Source of the DNA: Ramazzottius varieornatus
Lineage: Eukaryota > Animalia > Tardigrada
Direction of reading: 5' to 3'
DNA: 64,000 nt
Assembly (NCBI GenBank): GCA_001949185.1
Contig: BDGG01000001.1
Location: forward strand, 448,128-512,127
Under the pieces are notes generated by a model. That model worked only from the letters and a program-made list of their open reading frames with translations, was not told the origin of the DNA and ran no database searches. Below are positions 54,098-64,000 of this stretch, one piece after another (the stretch's first letter is position 1; each line of letters opens with the position of its first letter). Both the position numbers and the translations under genes were made by a program.

Positions 54098-54323
54098 TTA
54101 TTCCCTATTTTTGAGAGTCCGCAATGTTACTGGACTGCTCGAGCAACGCTTTCTGGCATAACCGACAGCGAGAATTTCCTTCTGATTTTTCATCCTATAT
54201 CGTTTTTCATTTTTCGAAATGTTTCACTCAGGGGAAGTATAAGAGTGAGAAGGGGAAAAAGTACTTTCGCTGACGTAGTATGGATAAAACAGAATAAACA
54301 GGATTTTGAAACTGTACAACATA

Positions 54324-57037
54324 TCACAATAAACCTTGCATCTCTTTCAAGAAAGCATCATAAGCCTGATCCGCGCTGACTTTTGGTGCGGCAGCTGGTC
54401 GGTAAGGTATCAGCTCAGCATCGGGTCCCAGTGTTCCTGCAACAAGAAAACAAAACCACTGACTAACCTCACCGACTAACATCCAAAGATGGAAGTGTAC
54501 ATAAAAATTGGATCATACCTGTGACTTTCGGTTTGGGTTTCGGGGCTTCCTCCCGTTTGACTTTGACAGAGGTAGGAATGAGTCTCGTCACTTCCGAGGT
54601 ACTGGTCCGTAATTGTGGTGCTGCTGCAAAGGTGGCTTTAGGCTCGGCTACAGGCGCCGGCACTGCACCGTACGGAGGTGGAGGACAGGGAGGACGCATA
54701 CCAGGCATCACCGGACCTATGCCTCCCATGAAGCCTGGAGGTGGACGCGCCATCAGCGGCGGCGGTCTGGGCAGACCTGGTGGACCTAGAAATGACAAAG
54801 GCAAAAGTGCAAAGCTCAAAATCAATCGACATCCGTCGAAAAGATTTGTACAATTTTATCAAGGCAGGCTGAAACACGGGCAAAAAAGCCCAACGAACTC
54901 ATTTTAGCAAAACGGCACGCTTCTCAGTCACTGGCTAACTTAAGAGGGTACCCCTAGTCGGAAAAAACCCGTTTCAGTTGGATTCATTTCAAGCGGCGCA
55001 TCTCGTCGGCCAGTAACACCCGATAAATACGCCACTTGCAGAAAGAAACTCGACAGACAAGTTTCTTCCCAACTGGCGCACGCTCAAAGCACTGGAATAG
55101 CACTGGGAGCGTGCGCAACTTGAGAGACGATCTTGTCGAGCTTCAAATTCTTTCTTACGAAATAAACTGCAAATTTGAGAAATTGTCAAAAAACACAGCA
55201 CCAACCTGGTCGAGAAGTGCGAAACCGCTGGGCTAGCATATGAGGTGGTGGGACTTGACGAAAGTGCCCAGCTTGAACTTGGGAAGGAACAAACATCGGT
55301 CTCGGTGGAGCGCTTCCTGCACAAGAAACAACACTTCAAAACCCCCGAACAGAATACAGTGCGCCCGCCAAAGCGTGTTCAAGGTGAAAACGCTACTGAG
55401 AGTATTTAGTAACCTTACCCGGTTGGGAGAAGGGAGAAGGAGTATCTACAGAAGATGTATCATGAGCAGAAGAGGTGGAAGGTTTTGTTTCTTCGGCCGT
55501 GCCAGAGGGATCTTCTTCGTCCTTGTCGGCCCTTGCTCTGTCTTCCGCGTCATCTTCATCGTCCGACTCGGCTCCGTCGTTACTTTCATGTTCTTCTTTT
55601 GTGTCTGCGGCGGCCTCGTCATCCGAGTCGTCACTGAGGGAAGGTGGCGGACAACAAGGGGGACCGGGCGGAAGCTTGCCGTTCGTGTCTGACAGATCGT
55701 CGGAAAACATTCTAAGAGGCAATGGTAAAAATGAGTATAGTAGTACTATACGGAACATGACGTATGGTTTGATAACCCAGCAAAGCAAAGAAGATTCAAA
55801 AACTGAGAATTAAGATCTGTTTTAAAACAGAGTTAACCATCGAAAAGGTGTGTTCCCAGGTGGCGCATGTTTACGGTTCTGTTGGCTGGTAGTGTACGCC
55901 ACTTGGAAAAAACGACCTTGTCGCCTTCATTCATTTTCCCAAGTGACGCAAGTTTCCGAACTTGTTAAGGGAAAGCGTGCGCCGCTTGGAAAAACGATCT
56001 TGTCCAGTTTAGAAGTACATATCAAAAGTACTTACTCCCAAGAAACATATCGTGGTGCTCCATATACGACTGGGCCTTGTGGCTGCTTCTGTCCAGAAGG
56101 AGGTGCTTCGGTCGGCGAAGATACTTCTGTAGCACGGGAACAAAAGTATGGTCAGAGACTCAGACTGGTACTTTACACTCACAAGTACATCAGACGCGAA
56201 CATGAATGTCCATGGAAAGTTACCTTCCTCAAATCCAGGCGCAGGCAGCGGAATGTCAGTCACTTCCACGTTTTCGGCCTTCTTCACAGAGTCTGTAAAA
56301 CAAAATGACCCCATTAGAGTGGCGAATATTTGGATAGTATTATTGTTTGAGAGTCATGTGCCAAAATAGCGCTTCAGTTCATCGTGCTTCCGGTGATATC
56401 CAGCCAGCATTCTCTTCAGCTCTCCATGCGTAACTTTGTCATCCTTATCCTGCATAGGAAATAATTGTAACATCATAAAGAGTAATAAAAGCAAGCATAC
56501 TGAACTGAAATCACTCACATAAAGTCCGATGCAACGGTTGAAATTCCCCAACAAGCGTTTCCTCCTTTCAGCCAGGATATGTTCACCTAACGGCGGAGGA
56601 GCGGCCACGTTGTACTCTGAAAAGAAAGTACAAAAATGCTCAGACAAGGAAAACAACAGAATAGCAGCTTCGAACTGAGGTATGTGGCGCACAAACACGG
56701 AAAAATTGTACGTAATAATGCGCAACTTCAAACAGGTTCGAACAACGCAGAGTTACACTCAATTCTTACCCATCTGATCCAGTCTCTCCAGCTCCTCGAT
56801 GATCTTCTTAGGATCCTTGGACTTGATGACGGCTTCTCGTACTATCAGACGTTGCTTCTTGTTCTTTTTCAGCTCTCGACGCCGAGCTTCTTTTCCTGCG
56901 GAACACTTGAAACGTTCAGGTGCAATCGACAGATAGGATCAAGAATCAATGGTAACGACTGGGCTGAACTTACGTGCTTGGTCGGCAGGATTCATCGCCC
57001 TGCCCGACTTGGTGTTGGTTGTTGAACGCTTCCCCAT
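54324..57037 (-). CDS. WBP11: WW domain-binding protein 11 (splicing factor)
   Basis: MGKRSTTNTKSGRAMNPADQARKEARRRELKKNKKQR, DIPLP, Pro-rich middle, TRLIPTSVKVKR, DQAYDAFLKEMQGLL*. Confidence 0.93.
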
Positions 57038-59185
57038 CTTATACCGGCGTAGGTATCGTCGTTCAACGCAGCGACTGACAAATCCTAATTAGATTTCCGA
57101 GGGAATGGCTTCTTCTCCGTACGTTTTGTTGCCGCCGATACAGTGTGAGGCTATTACAAGCATAATCCCCTCGTTAGTAATACAACCTTGCATGCGACTT
57201 CATACCCCATGTTATCCCATGTCAACCCACTTCAGGTGGTCTAACATGGGATTTTTGGGCACGAGCTGTCGTTGCGGAGCTGGTTTTGTTCATAAGTTTG
57301 TGTTTGAACCCCTGTGCTCGACTTTGCCAAGTGAAGGGCAAAGTACAACATTAGTGGAGATAAGCTTGTGAATGGAATGTGACTGAGGAGAAGCGAAAGT
57401 AGGCCACAAAAGAAGGAGATAAGGCTATAGCATTGTATTCTGGGTCACAGGGAGTAACTCAATGGTTGGGAACTTGGGATACGCGCTGCCATCATCCCAG
57501 TTCCCGTTTTCTTCCCTTTTAGCCTCCCTCGGCGGCAACAGTACCCGTTAGGGTGCCGCCCCGCGAATTGTCATCTGAAGCGAAGTCTGGAATTTCAAAA
57601 ATCTATGTGAATTTGTGATTGAGGCGCATACCATATCAAATTGGCTTTCAATCAATCGTAAATCCAGCAAAAAATCATCGATTCCACTGTTCCAGTATCC
57701 AGTGTGAACTTCGGTCGGGTAACTGGCATGGCAAGCCGTGAGTTTAGTCGTGAAAAGTAAACAGTATACATCTGGATTAATGTTTTCTGTAGTTTCTGAC
57801 CACTCGGTCACGTGCAAGATGGCTGCCCAGGATAGTTCTGTCGATGACCGGGGGCCAGGGCTACTTGAAGAAGGATAACGCCGAAAAGCTGTCATACTGT
57901 CGCTCCCAGCTGATGTCATCGTGGTCCTGGACAAGTTCACCACGACAGTCTGAAGGTTAGCGGAATACCCAAAACACTGTTACGATGCACCGGATGCACC
58001 TTTGTTAAATACTGCTCCAAGGATTGTCAGGTACAGTGAGCAAGGAGCAGTTATCGGGGAAGACCAAATAATCAGTGACGTTTTTGTTTCAGAAAAAATG
58101 ACTGGAAAAAATGCCACAAAGACGAACTTAGCCTCGTGAAAGTTGTTCGTAAAGTCTGTGGAAGTCAGCCTACCGACTTAACGCGACTCTTCGTCAGAAT
58201 GCGCATGAACTTCATTGTGCGATCCGAATCAATTTTGCGGTAGCATTTTCAACGCATTAGAAAACGAAAGTTGAAACTTTACCATTTCGATTCCAGGCCG
58301 AGCGAAAGTTGAGTGCTGATCCTGAATTCTTGATGCCAGATATCGTCCAGCAGGAGGCCACGATTCAAAAGTCGACATCACACCTGGCGCTTCATCCCAA
58401 GCCAAGATAATGTCGAGATTGTTCGACACTTGGAAGCCTCTGCTGGATGCTCTGAACATAGTTTACAATTTCAACATGAAATACATTTGTACAATGTCGT
58501 CTTCATCGAGTCTCTTGTCAACCTCGCAGTTACTGCAGTGCCCATCTACCCGCGAAACTATCAGTCGGGAAACGAACATGTTGCCTACTCTACTGTTCGC
58601 TCTTGACGAAGTATTCCGTACCGTATGAATTTTGTTTTAGCTTTTCAAAAACTCAGTTGTAGCTGGTACGTGGCAGGCAGAAACCGCTATCAAACATGGC
58701 CACTTCTCACTTCATCGTGTTTACCTCGGAGTGATCTCGTTTGGCTCTACGCATACCAATCCTAACGATGGACCATGCCCCAACTGTTCCAAAAGCAAAC
58801 AGATAAATTTGCAAACCTACCGGTAGTTTGCCTTCCGGAAGTAGTGTGTAATCAGTTTCTGTAAGGGTTGCGAACAATAGACACCAGCTTGCACAGGCTA
58901 AAGTCAAGTTCGTGACTGTTCAAAACCATACTTTTATCCGTCTTACCGACTGTTTGTCGTAGATTTGCAAACAGAATATCAAACCGTCGATCACCTGATA
59001 GTTATTTCTGAGTAAACGGGTGGAAACCTTATTATCTTCAGAGGTGGGGAAACTGATTCTACAAGTCCATATCGACGTTGCTCAACCTGGCAAAATCTTT
59101 CCGTGGTTTCGTGGATTTTCCAGTACGTTTCTCCACGTAGGCCGGGAAGAAGCGAACTGTTTCTTTTCGTGCGGAACAAATCACC

Positions 59186-62100
59186 ATGGTCTCGAATTTT
59201 GTGTGGGGTAAGTTATGATTATGCCCGACAACTTCGCATAAGAAGAAATGACAGCGTCGAACGGGAGGTGAGTGTTAACGATCTCTTGCAGGAGTCCTTC
59301 TTGTCCTGCTTTTCTCCACGGTTTGCAGCCGGAGCGCTCTGGTCCGCCCTAGAGAAGTAAGTTCGAGCCTCGCATTACTGTGGGTCCTTCACGACACCAG
59401 AGCGACTTCTGGCATGCTCTTTCATTTTACCTATATAGGTCGATGTACGCGCTGGCGAGCCTCGAAACACGGTGCAGGCATTTCAAAGGTACATCAGACT
59501 CGTCTACCAACCCCAAGCAGAAGACGTAATTTACAATGACCAGGAAGCATCCTGGGCGTACAACATCAACATCACGGGATACAACGAGGAGCTAATGGTA
59601 ATATTAGGTATCCGCCTCATTAATACCACAGCATTCCAAAATATCGGATCAGTTGTTTCTTGATAGATCGCCGCCTCCGAAGAAACAGCGCTTTTCGACC
59701 AAGAAACAGCGCAGTACGTTCGGAGCTCGTTCAGCAACATCGACTTTAGCAGCAATATGACACTGGAACGTTTATATGACAAACTGGTCCTGCTGGGCGA
59801 CGCGAATCTCAACTCCACGGATTTTTCCGAGTTACAAGAGGTACAAACTCGGATGCAGAGAATCTACAACACGGCCAAGATTTGCAGAAACCCGAGCATC
59901 CACGCTGACGACGTCTTGTCTAAGTGCCCCAAAGACCAACAGCTCAGTTTGGAGCCTGACGTCTCCCAGATTTTAGCCACTTCGCGGAACGAAACACTTT
60001 TGAGGCATGTATGGAAATCCTGGCGCGATGCAACGGGCAAGAAAATGCATGGGGATTATCAGCGATATGTCGAACTGAAGAATAAAGCCTCCAGCATGGA
60101 CGGTATATCTTATCGAATTATTCGGGAAATTAATATTTTGGGACGGACGGTGACGCAACGTTGAAATTTGGACGAAATAACCCAACGAAAATTCGCCGCA
60201 GGTTACGCTGATACTGGCGCCGCCTGGAGATCGACCTACGTGGACACCTACACTAACTACACTGACCAAATGTTTCTGGACGAAGCCGAAGCAATCTGGC
60301 AGCAGCTGAAACCGCTGTACGAACAACTGCATGCCTATATCCGACACAAGTTGAAAGAACAGTACCCCACAGTCAAGGCACTGAGCAACACCAACAGTCC
60401 TATCCCAGCCCATCTGTTGGGCAACATGTAAGCATAATAATATCTCTTGCCCTGAATTTAAGGACGGTCATCTCACTCTTTTCCATACACAGCGTCCGTC
60501 TTGCAGGTGGGCACAGACCTGGGGTAACTTGCAAGAATTCACACGACCACACCCGGAGAAGCAATCGTTGGACGTCACTGAAGCCATGGTCGAGCAGAAC
60601 TACACTGCAGACACCATGTTTCGCAAGTCGGACGACTTCTTTGCCACTCTAGGTCTCATCCGCATGCCGCAGAAGTTCTGGGACAAATCGATGATCGAGA
60701 GGCCTGCGGACAACTCGACGAAAGTTGTCTGTCATGCTTCGGCTTGGGATTTTTACAACCGCCAAGACTTCCGGTAGGCAACTACTCGTTCATGAATCGG
60801 CTATAAATTGTCTGTTACGTTTGCCTTTTTCAACAGAATCAAACAGTGCACTGAGGTCACAATGGAAGATTTTCTCACCGTTCACCAGTAAGAATTGCCA
60901 ATTCGAATAATTAGCCTATTCGTACATGCTCACAGTAGCTGTTGTCGTTTTTAGTGAGATGGGACATGTGGAATACTATTTGCAGGTAAGCGTTTTATCG
61001 CAAACCATGCTCATTTTAAGCGACCATATTCGAGATAAATTCCGCGCCAGGAGACGGTACACGCAGGAAGAGAAGGTTTGGAACACTAAAAAGTTTGGGA
61101 CAGGCGCAAAGGACGGCAAATTGAGAATTCAACCGTAGAAATTGCCAAAAAGTGCATTGGTGTGAACTGCACTCGTACGAACGAACTTCGGTTCCGCTGT
61201 TTTCGGACGCGCCTGTTTCAAACTTTTTACTGTTTCAAACTTTCCCTTCACGGGCGTGTACTGACCAACTATGAAATGCCCCAAAACAGTGTGTTAGTCT
61301 GATTGCAGTACAAAGACCTTGAAGTTCCTTTTCGACGCGGAGCGAACGATGGTTTCCACGAAGCCGGTAAAGTGTGTCGTAGCTTTATTCCGTGTACCCG
61401 GAAGTGCAGGTATTGTTATCCTGTGTTTCGCTTCTTCTCAGTTGGAGATACACTAGCGTTGAGCGTCCAAACTCCTGCCCATCTAAAGTCACTGGGCTTG
61501 CTCATGGCAGATTTTGACATTAACGATCCAGGTCAGTTAAACCCTCAATCAGGCCAGACAGAAAAAATGGGAATGTCATACGGTCAAAATTTTAACGGGA
61601 TTGATGATCTGACAGACCTGGAAAGGAATTCGCTGTATTCGACAGCACTGGACAAAATTGCTTTTCTGCCGTTTGGCTACCTTATGGATAAGTACCGCTA
61701 CGACATCTTCTCGGGCAAGATCAAGCCCGAGCAGTACAACTCCAAATGGTGGGAACATTTGTAAGTTTCTCCTTTACTTTCAGCAGTATAAACACGCTAC
61801 ATGCGCCGATCATGCAATCAGTTCCGTGTTTCCAGAGTGGAATACCAGGGCATTTGCTCGCCAGTCAAGCGATCGGATAGTGATTTTGATCCCGGTTCGA
61901 AATATCATATTCCAGCCGGTGTGCCTTACATGCGGTAAGAAAACTTTTTTCTACGTTCCTCAACAGTCATCCCAGCTTTATGCAACCATCACTTTCTTCC
62001 GAAGGTATTTCGTCAGTTTCATCCTACAGTTCCAGTTTCACAAAGCCATGTGTCAGGAAGCCGGCTACACTGGTCCACTGCATCGTTGCGATGTCTCCGC

Positions 62101-64000
62101 ACCGGAACTGGGAGATGGCGGCAAACGAGCCGGAGCTCTCTTGGCGTGAGCAAATTTTTTTTCAACTGGAAAAGCATCGTCGAAGTGTATAATATCTTCA
62201 CATTGACCAAGTATAAAAAATAAGTGTACCCAGCATGGTCATGAGCAACGGGCTTTTTCTCGTGCAGGAAAACTTTGAAAATGGGCTCGTCTCAACCATG
62301 GACACAGGCTATCTCGGCCATCACGAATGGAAATTCCAGTCGAATGGACGCTGGTCCGCTGCTGGAGTTCTTTACACCAATGCAGCAGTGGCTGACGCAG
62401 AAGAACGCTGAACTGGGCATCACTCCTGGCTGGAGCAAGGGTAGGAACTGCACATCGGTCCCGGAGAAGGTTCGGTGCAGTGCGGTGAATCAGTTTCACC
62501 ATTCTTCACCGATTCAGTGAAAATTTCTTCTCCTCGGTGAAGAATGGTGAAAGCCTTGAAAGTGTGGCAGTGATTGACTAATTGACTGGCACGGTTACCA
62601 CAATAGTCCGCGAGGGTTATCTGCATGTATGTACTGGTTGTAGCGAAAGTTTCTGCCGAGAAGTGCGTAATGAGCTATTGCAGAGCGTTTGCGGACCATC
62701 GCGACAATCCTGTCAGTCGCTCAGTCGGTCAGTCGATCAGTGGCACACTTTCAAGGCTTTCACCATTCTTCACCGCGGTGAAAAAATTTTCACTGAATCG
62801 GTGAAGGATGGTGAAAATGGTTCACTGCACCAAACCGAACCGTGCTAAGCAATCCTCAGTCTGTGCCTCTGTTTACCCAATGCATTCCCATTGGTTTTAT
62901 CACGTGAAATGACCTGCGCCACATTTTGTGATTTCAACAGAGCCCGAATGTTCGGAGGAAACGGCGTTTCAAGCATGGCTGAACCTGCACAACAACGAAT
63001 CGAGCGTAGTCAAGTCGGCCGAGATGTTCGCCACGTGGGCCTACCAGACCAATATCACAAAAGCCAATGAGCTGGCAATGGTAAGGCTCCAACCGATCCC
63101 CAGCTGTTTATTTCCATTCAGCATAACTTTCATGAGGTATCAAGTGGATAAGTCGAAATAATTATCTGTTGGTGTAGTTGGAGGCAAGCAACGTCGCAGC
63201 TGCTTTTGCCAAGAGGAAGACCGAAGAAATGCTAGGACTGTTCCCGAACCCCGATGAAATCACCGATCCCCTTCTTCGTCGTGCCTACGAGAAACTGAGC
63301 AAGCTTGGTGACGCGGCTCTGTCCCCCGAAGACTTTGCCCGACTGGGAGCTATCAGAACGGAAATGGAGCAGGTCTATTCCGTGGCCAAGGTGTGCAACG
63401 ATACCAGTATCGGAATCGATATGGAGCGCTGTCCGCAACACCAACAGATGGCGCTCAGCCCCGAGATCACCGACATCCTGCACAGCAGTCGCGATCCTGA
63501 AGAGCTTCTGTACTACTGGAGTGCCTGGAGAGATGCCACCGGAAAGAAAATGCGCAGCAACTTCACCGAGTACGTCGGACTGAAGAACAAGGCAGCCGTC
63601 GCTGATGGTAACTATCCGTTGGTCCCTGTCATATAAAAATTCATCTGCTTATTACTGTAGGTAAGCAGGCAGAAAGCGCAGTTTCCTCATCGGAGCGCGC
63701 AGCGCTTGTTGGTCAAAATGACATGGTGGTAATTGCTACCTGGTCGATCCGGCCAGTAGTCATATGCTTGTCTCGGAGACTAAGCCTTGCATATCACACA
63801 GTACAAGCTTTGACAAGTCGAAACGACGAATGGCTCACTAGAAGGTACGGTCTACATCGGTTCTTGCCTATAGGTTACAAAGACAACGCCGAGGCATGGA
63901 GAGCTCCGTACGTCGAGCCATCCTACAATTATACTGACGCCGACTTCCTAGAAGATGCCGACCGTCTGTGGAATCAGATGAAACCGCTGTACCAACAACT
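59186..64000 (+). CDS. ACE: Angiotensin-converting enzyme (peptidase M2) with at least two tandem domains; 3'-partial
   Basis: Signal peptide. [58 protein letters not shown] second domain starts at about 62941 ([14 protein letters not shown]). Confidence 0.95.
61058..61260. mobile_element. TA-CACGCACGA MITE family, copy 4 (ACE intron)
   Basis: TACACGC...GCGTGTA ends. Internal similarity to the copy at 7982. Confidence 0.65.
62469..62841. repeat. Fold-back element (about 120-bp inverted arms) in an ACE intron
   Basis: Arms at about 62469-62590 and 62720-62841 are reverse complements. Each contains TTTCACCATTCTTCACCG/CGGTGAAGAATGGTGAAA sub-repeats. Confidence 0.85.
63737..63841 (+). pseudogene. 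Degenerate 18S rRNA 5'-end fragment in an ACE intron
   Basis: TACCTGGTcGATCCgGCCAGTAGTCATATGCTTGTCTCggAGAcTAAGCCtTGCAT...GAATGGCTCAcTA matches the universal SSU rRNA 5' end. About 105 bp only. Confidence 0.88.

Noticed and set aside
57548-58650. Stop-interrupted minus-strand ORF fragments upstream of ACE
   Set aside because: A possible pseudogene, but no family can be supported.
1-64000. CRISPR arrays or prokaryotic operons/defence systems
   Set aside because: The DNA is eukaryotic and intron-containing, and no regularly spaced direct repeats were seen.

Overview
Eukaryotic, gene-dense invertebrate DNA with about 19 genes or pseudogenes in 64 kb and mostly 55-100 bp GT-AG introns. A compact tardigrade-like genome is my inference, not proven. 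Recognisable genes, left to right: truncated CYP2-clan P450, Arp2 (-), a disrupted Gly/Tyr-rich secreted-type ORF, a GLTP/CPTP-family protein, an unknown membrane protein (-), metaxin-2 (-), tRNA-Arg(CCG), ECT2/Pebble, ADF/cofilin (-), an orphan class-A GPCR and a broken DXD glycosyltransferase. Then comes a same-strand run of cilium-related genes: a putative Mn-motif microtubule protein, WDR92/DNAAF10, IFT140 and LRRC23. After it lie an FLVCR-like MFS transporter (-), a BRCT-less intron-poor ECT2 paralog, WBP11 (-) and a multi-domain ACE that runs off the window. Mobile DNA: a decayed Tc4/Tc5-like transposon with 145-bp TIRs and a TGA TSD, a hAT-like MITE, a Harbinger-like MITE plus a fragment of it, a Tc1-like MITE, a four-copy TA-CACG MITE family and a fold-back element. 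An 18S rRNA 5' fragment sits in an ACE intron. The most interesting observations are the ciliary cluster with X-box-like motifs and a candidate novel microtubule inner protein, and the BRCT-less ECT2 paralog carrying duplicated RxRxxT motifs. Exon boundaries were read by eye and all homology calls come from recalled motifs, not database searches.
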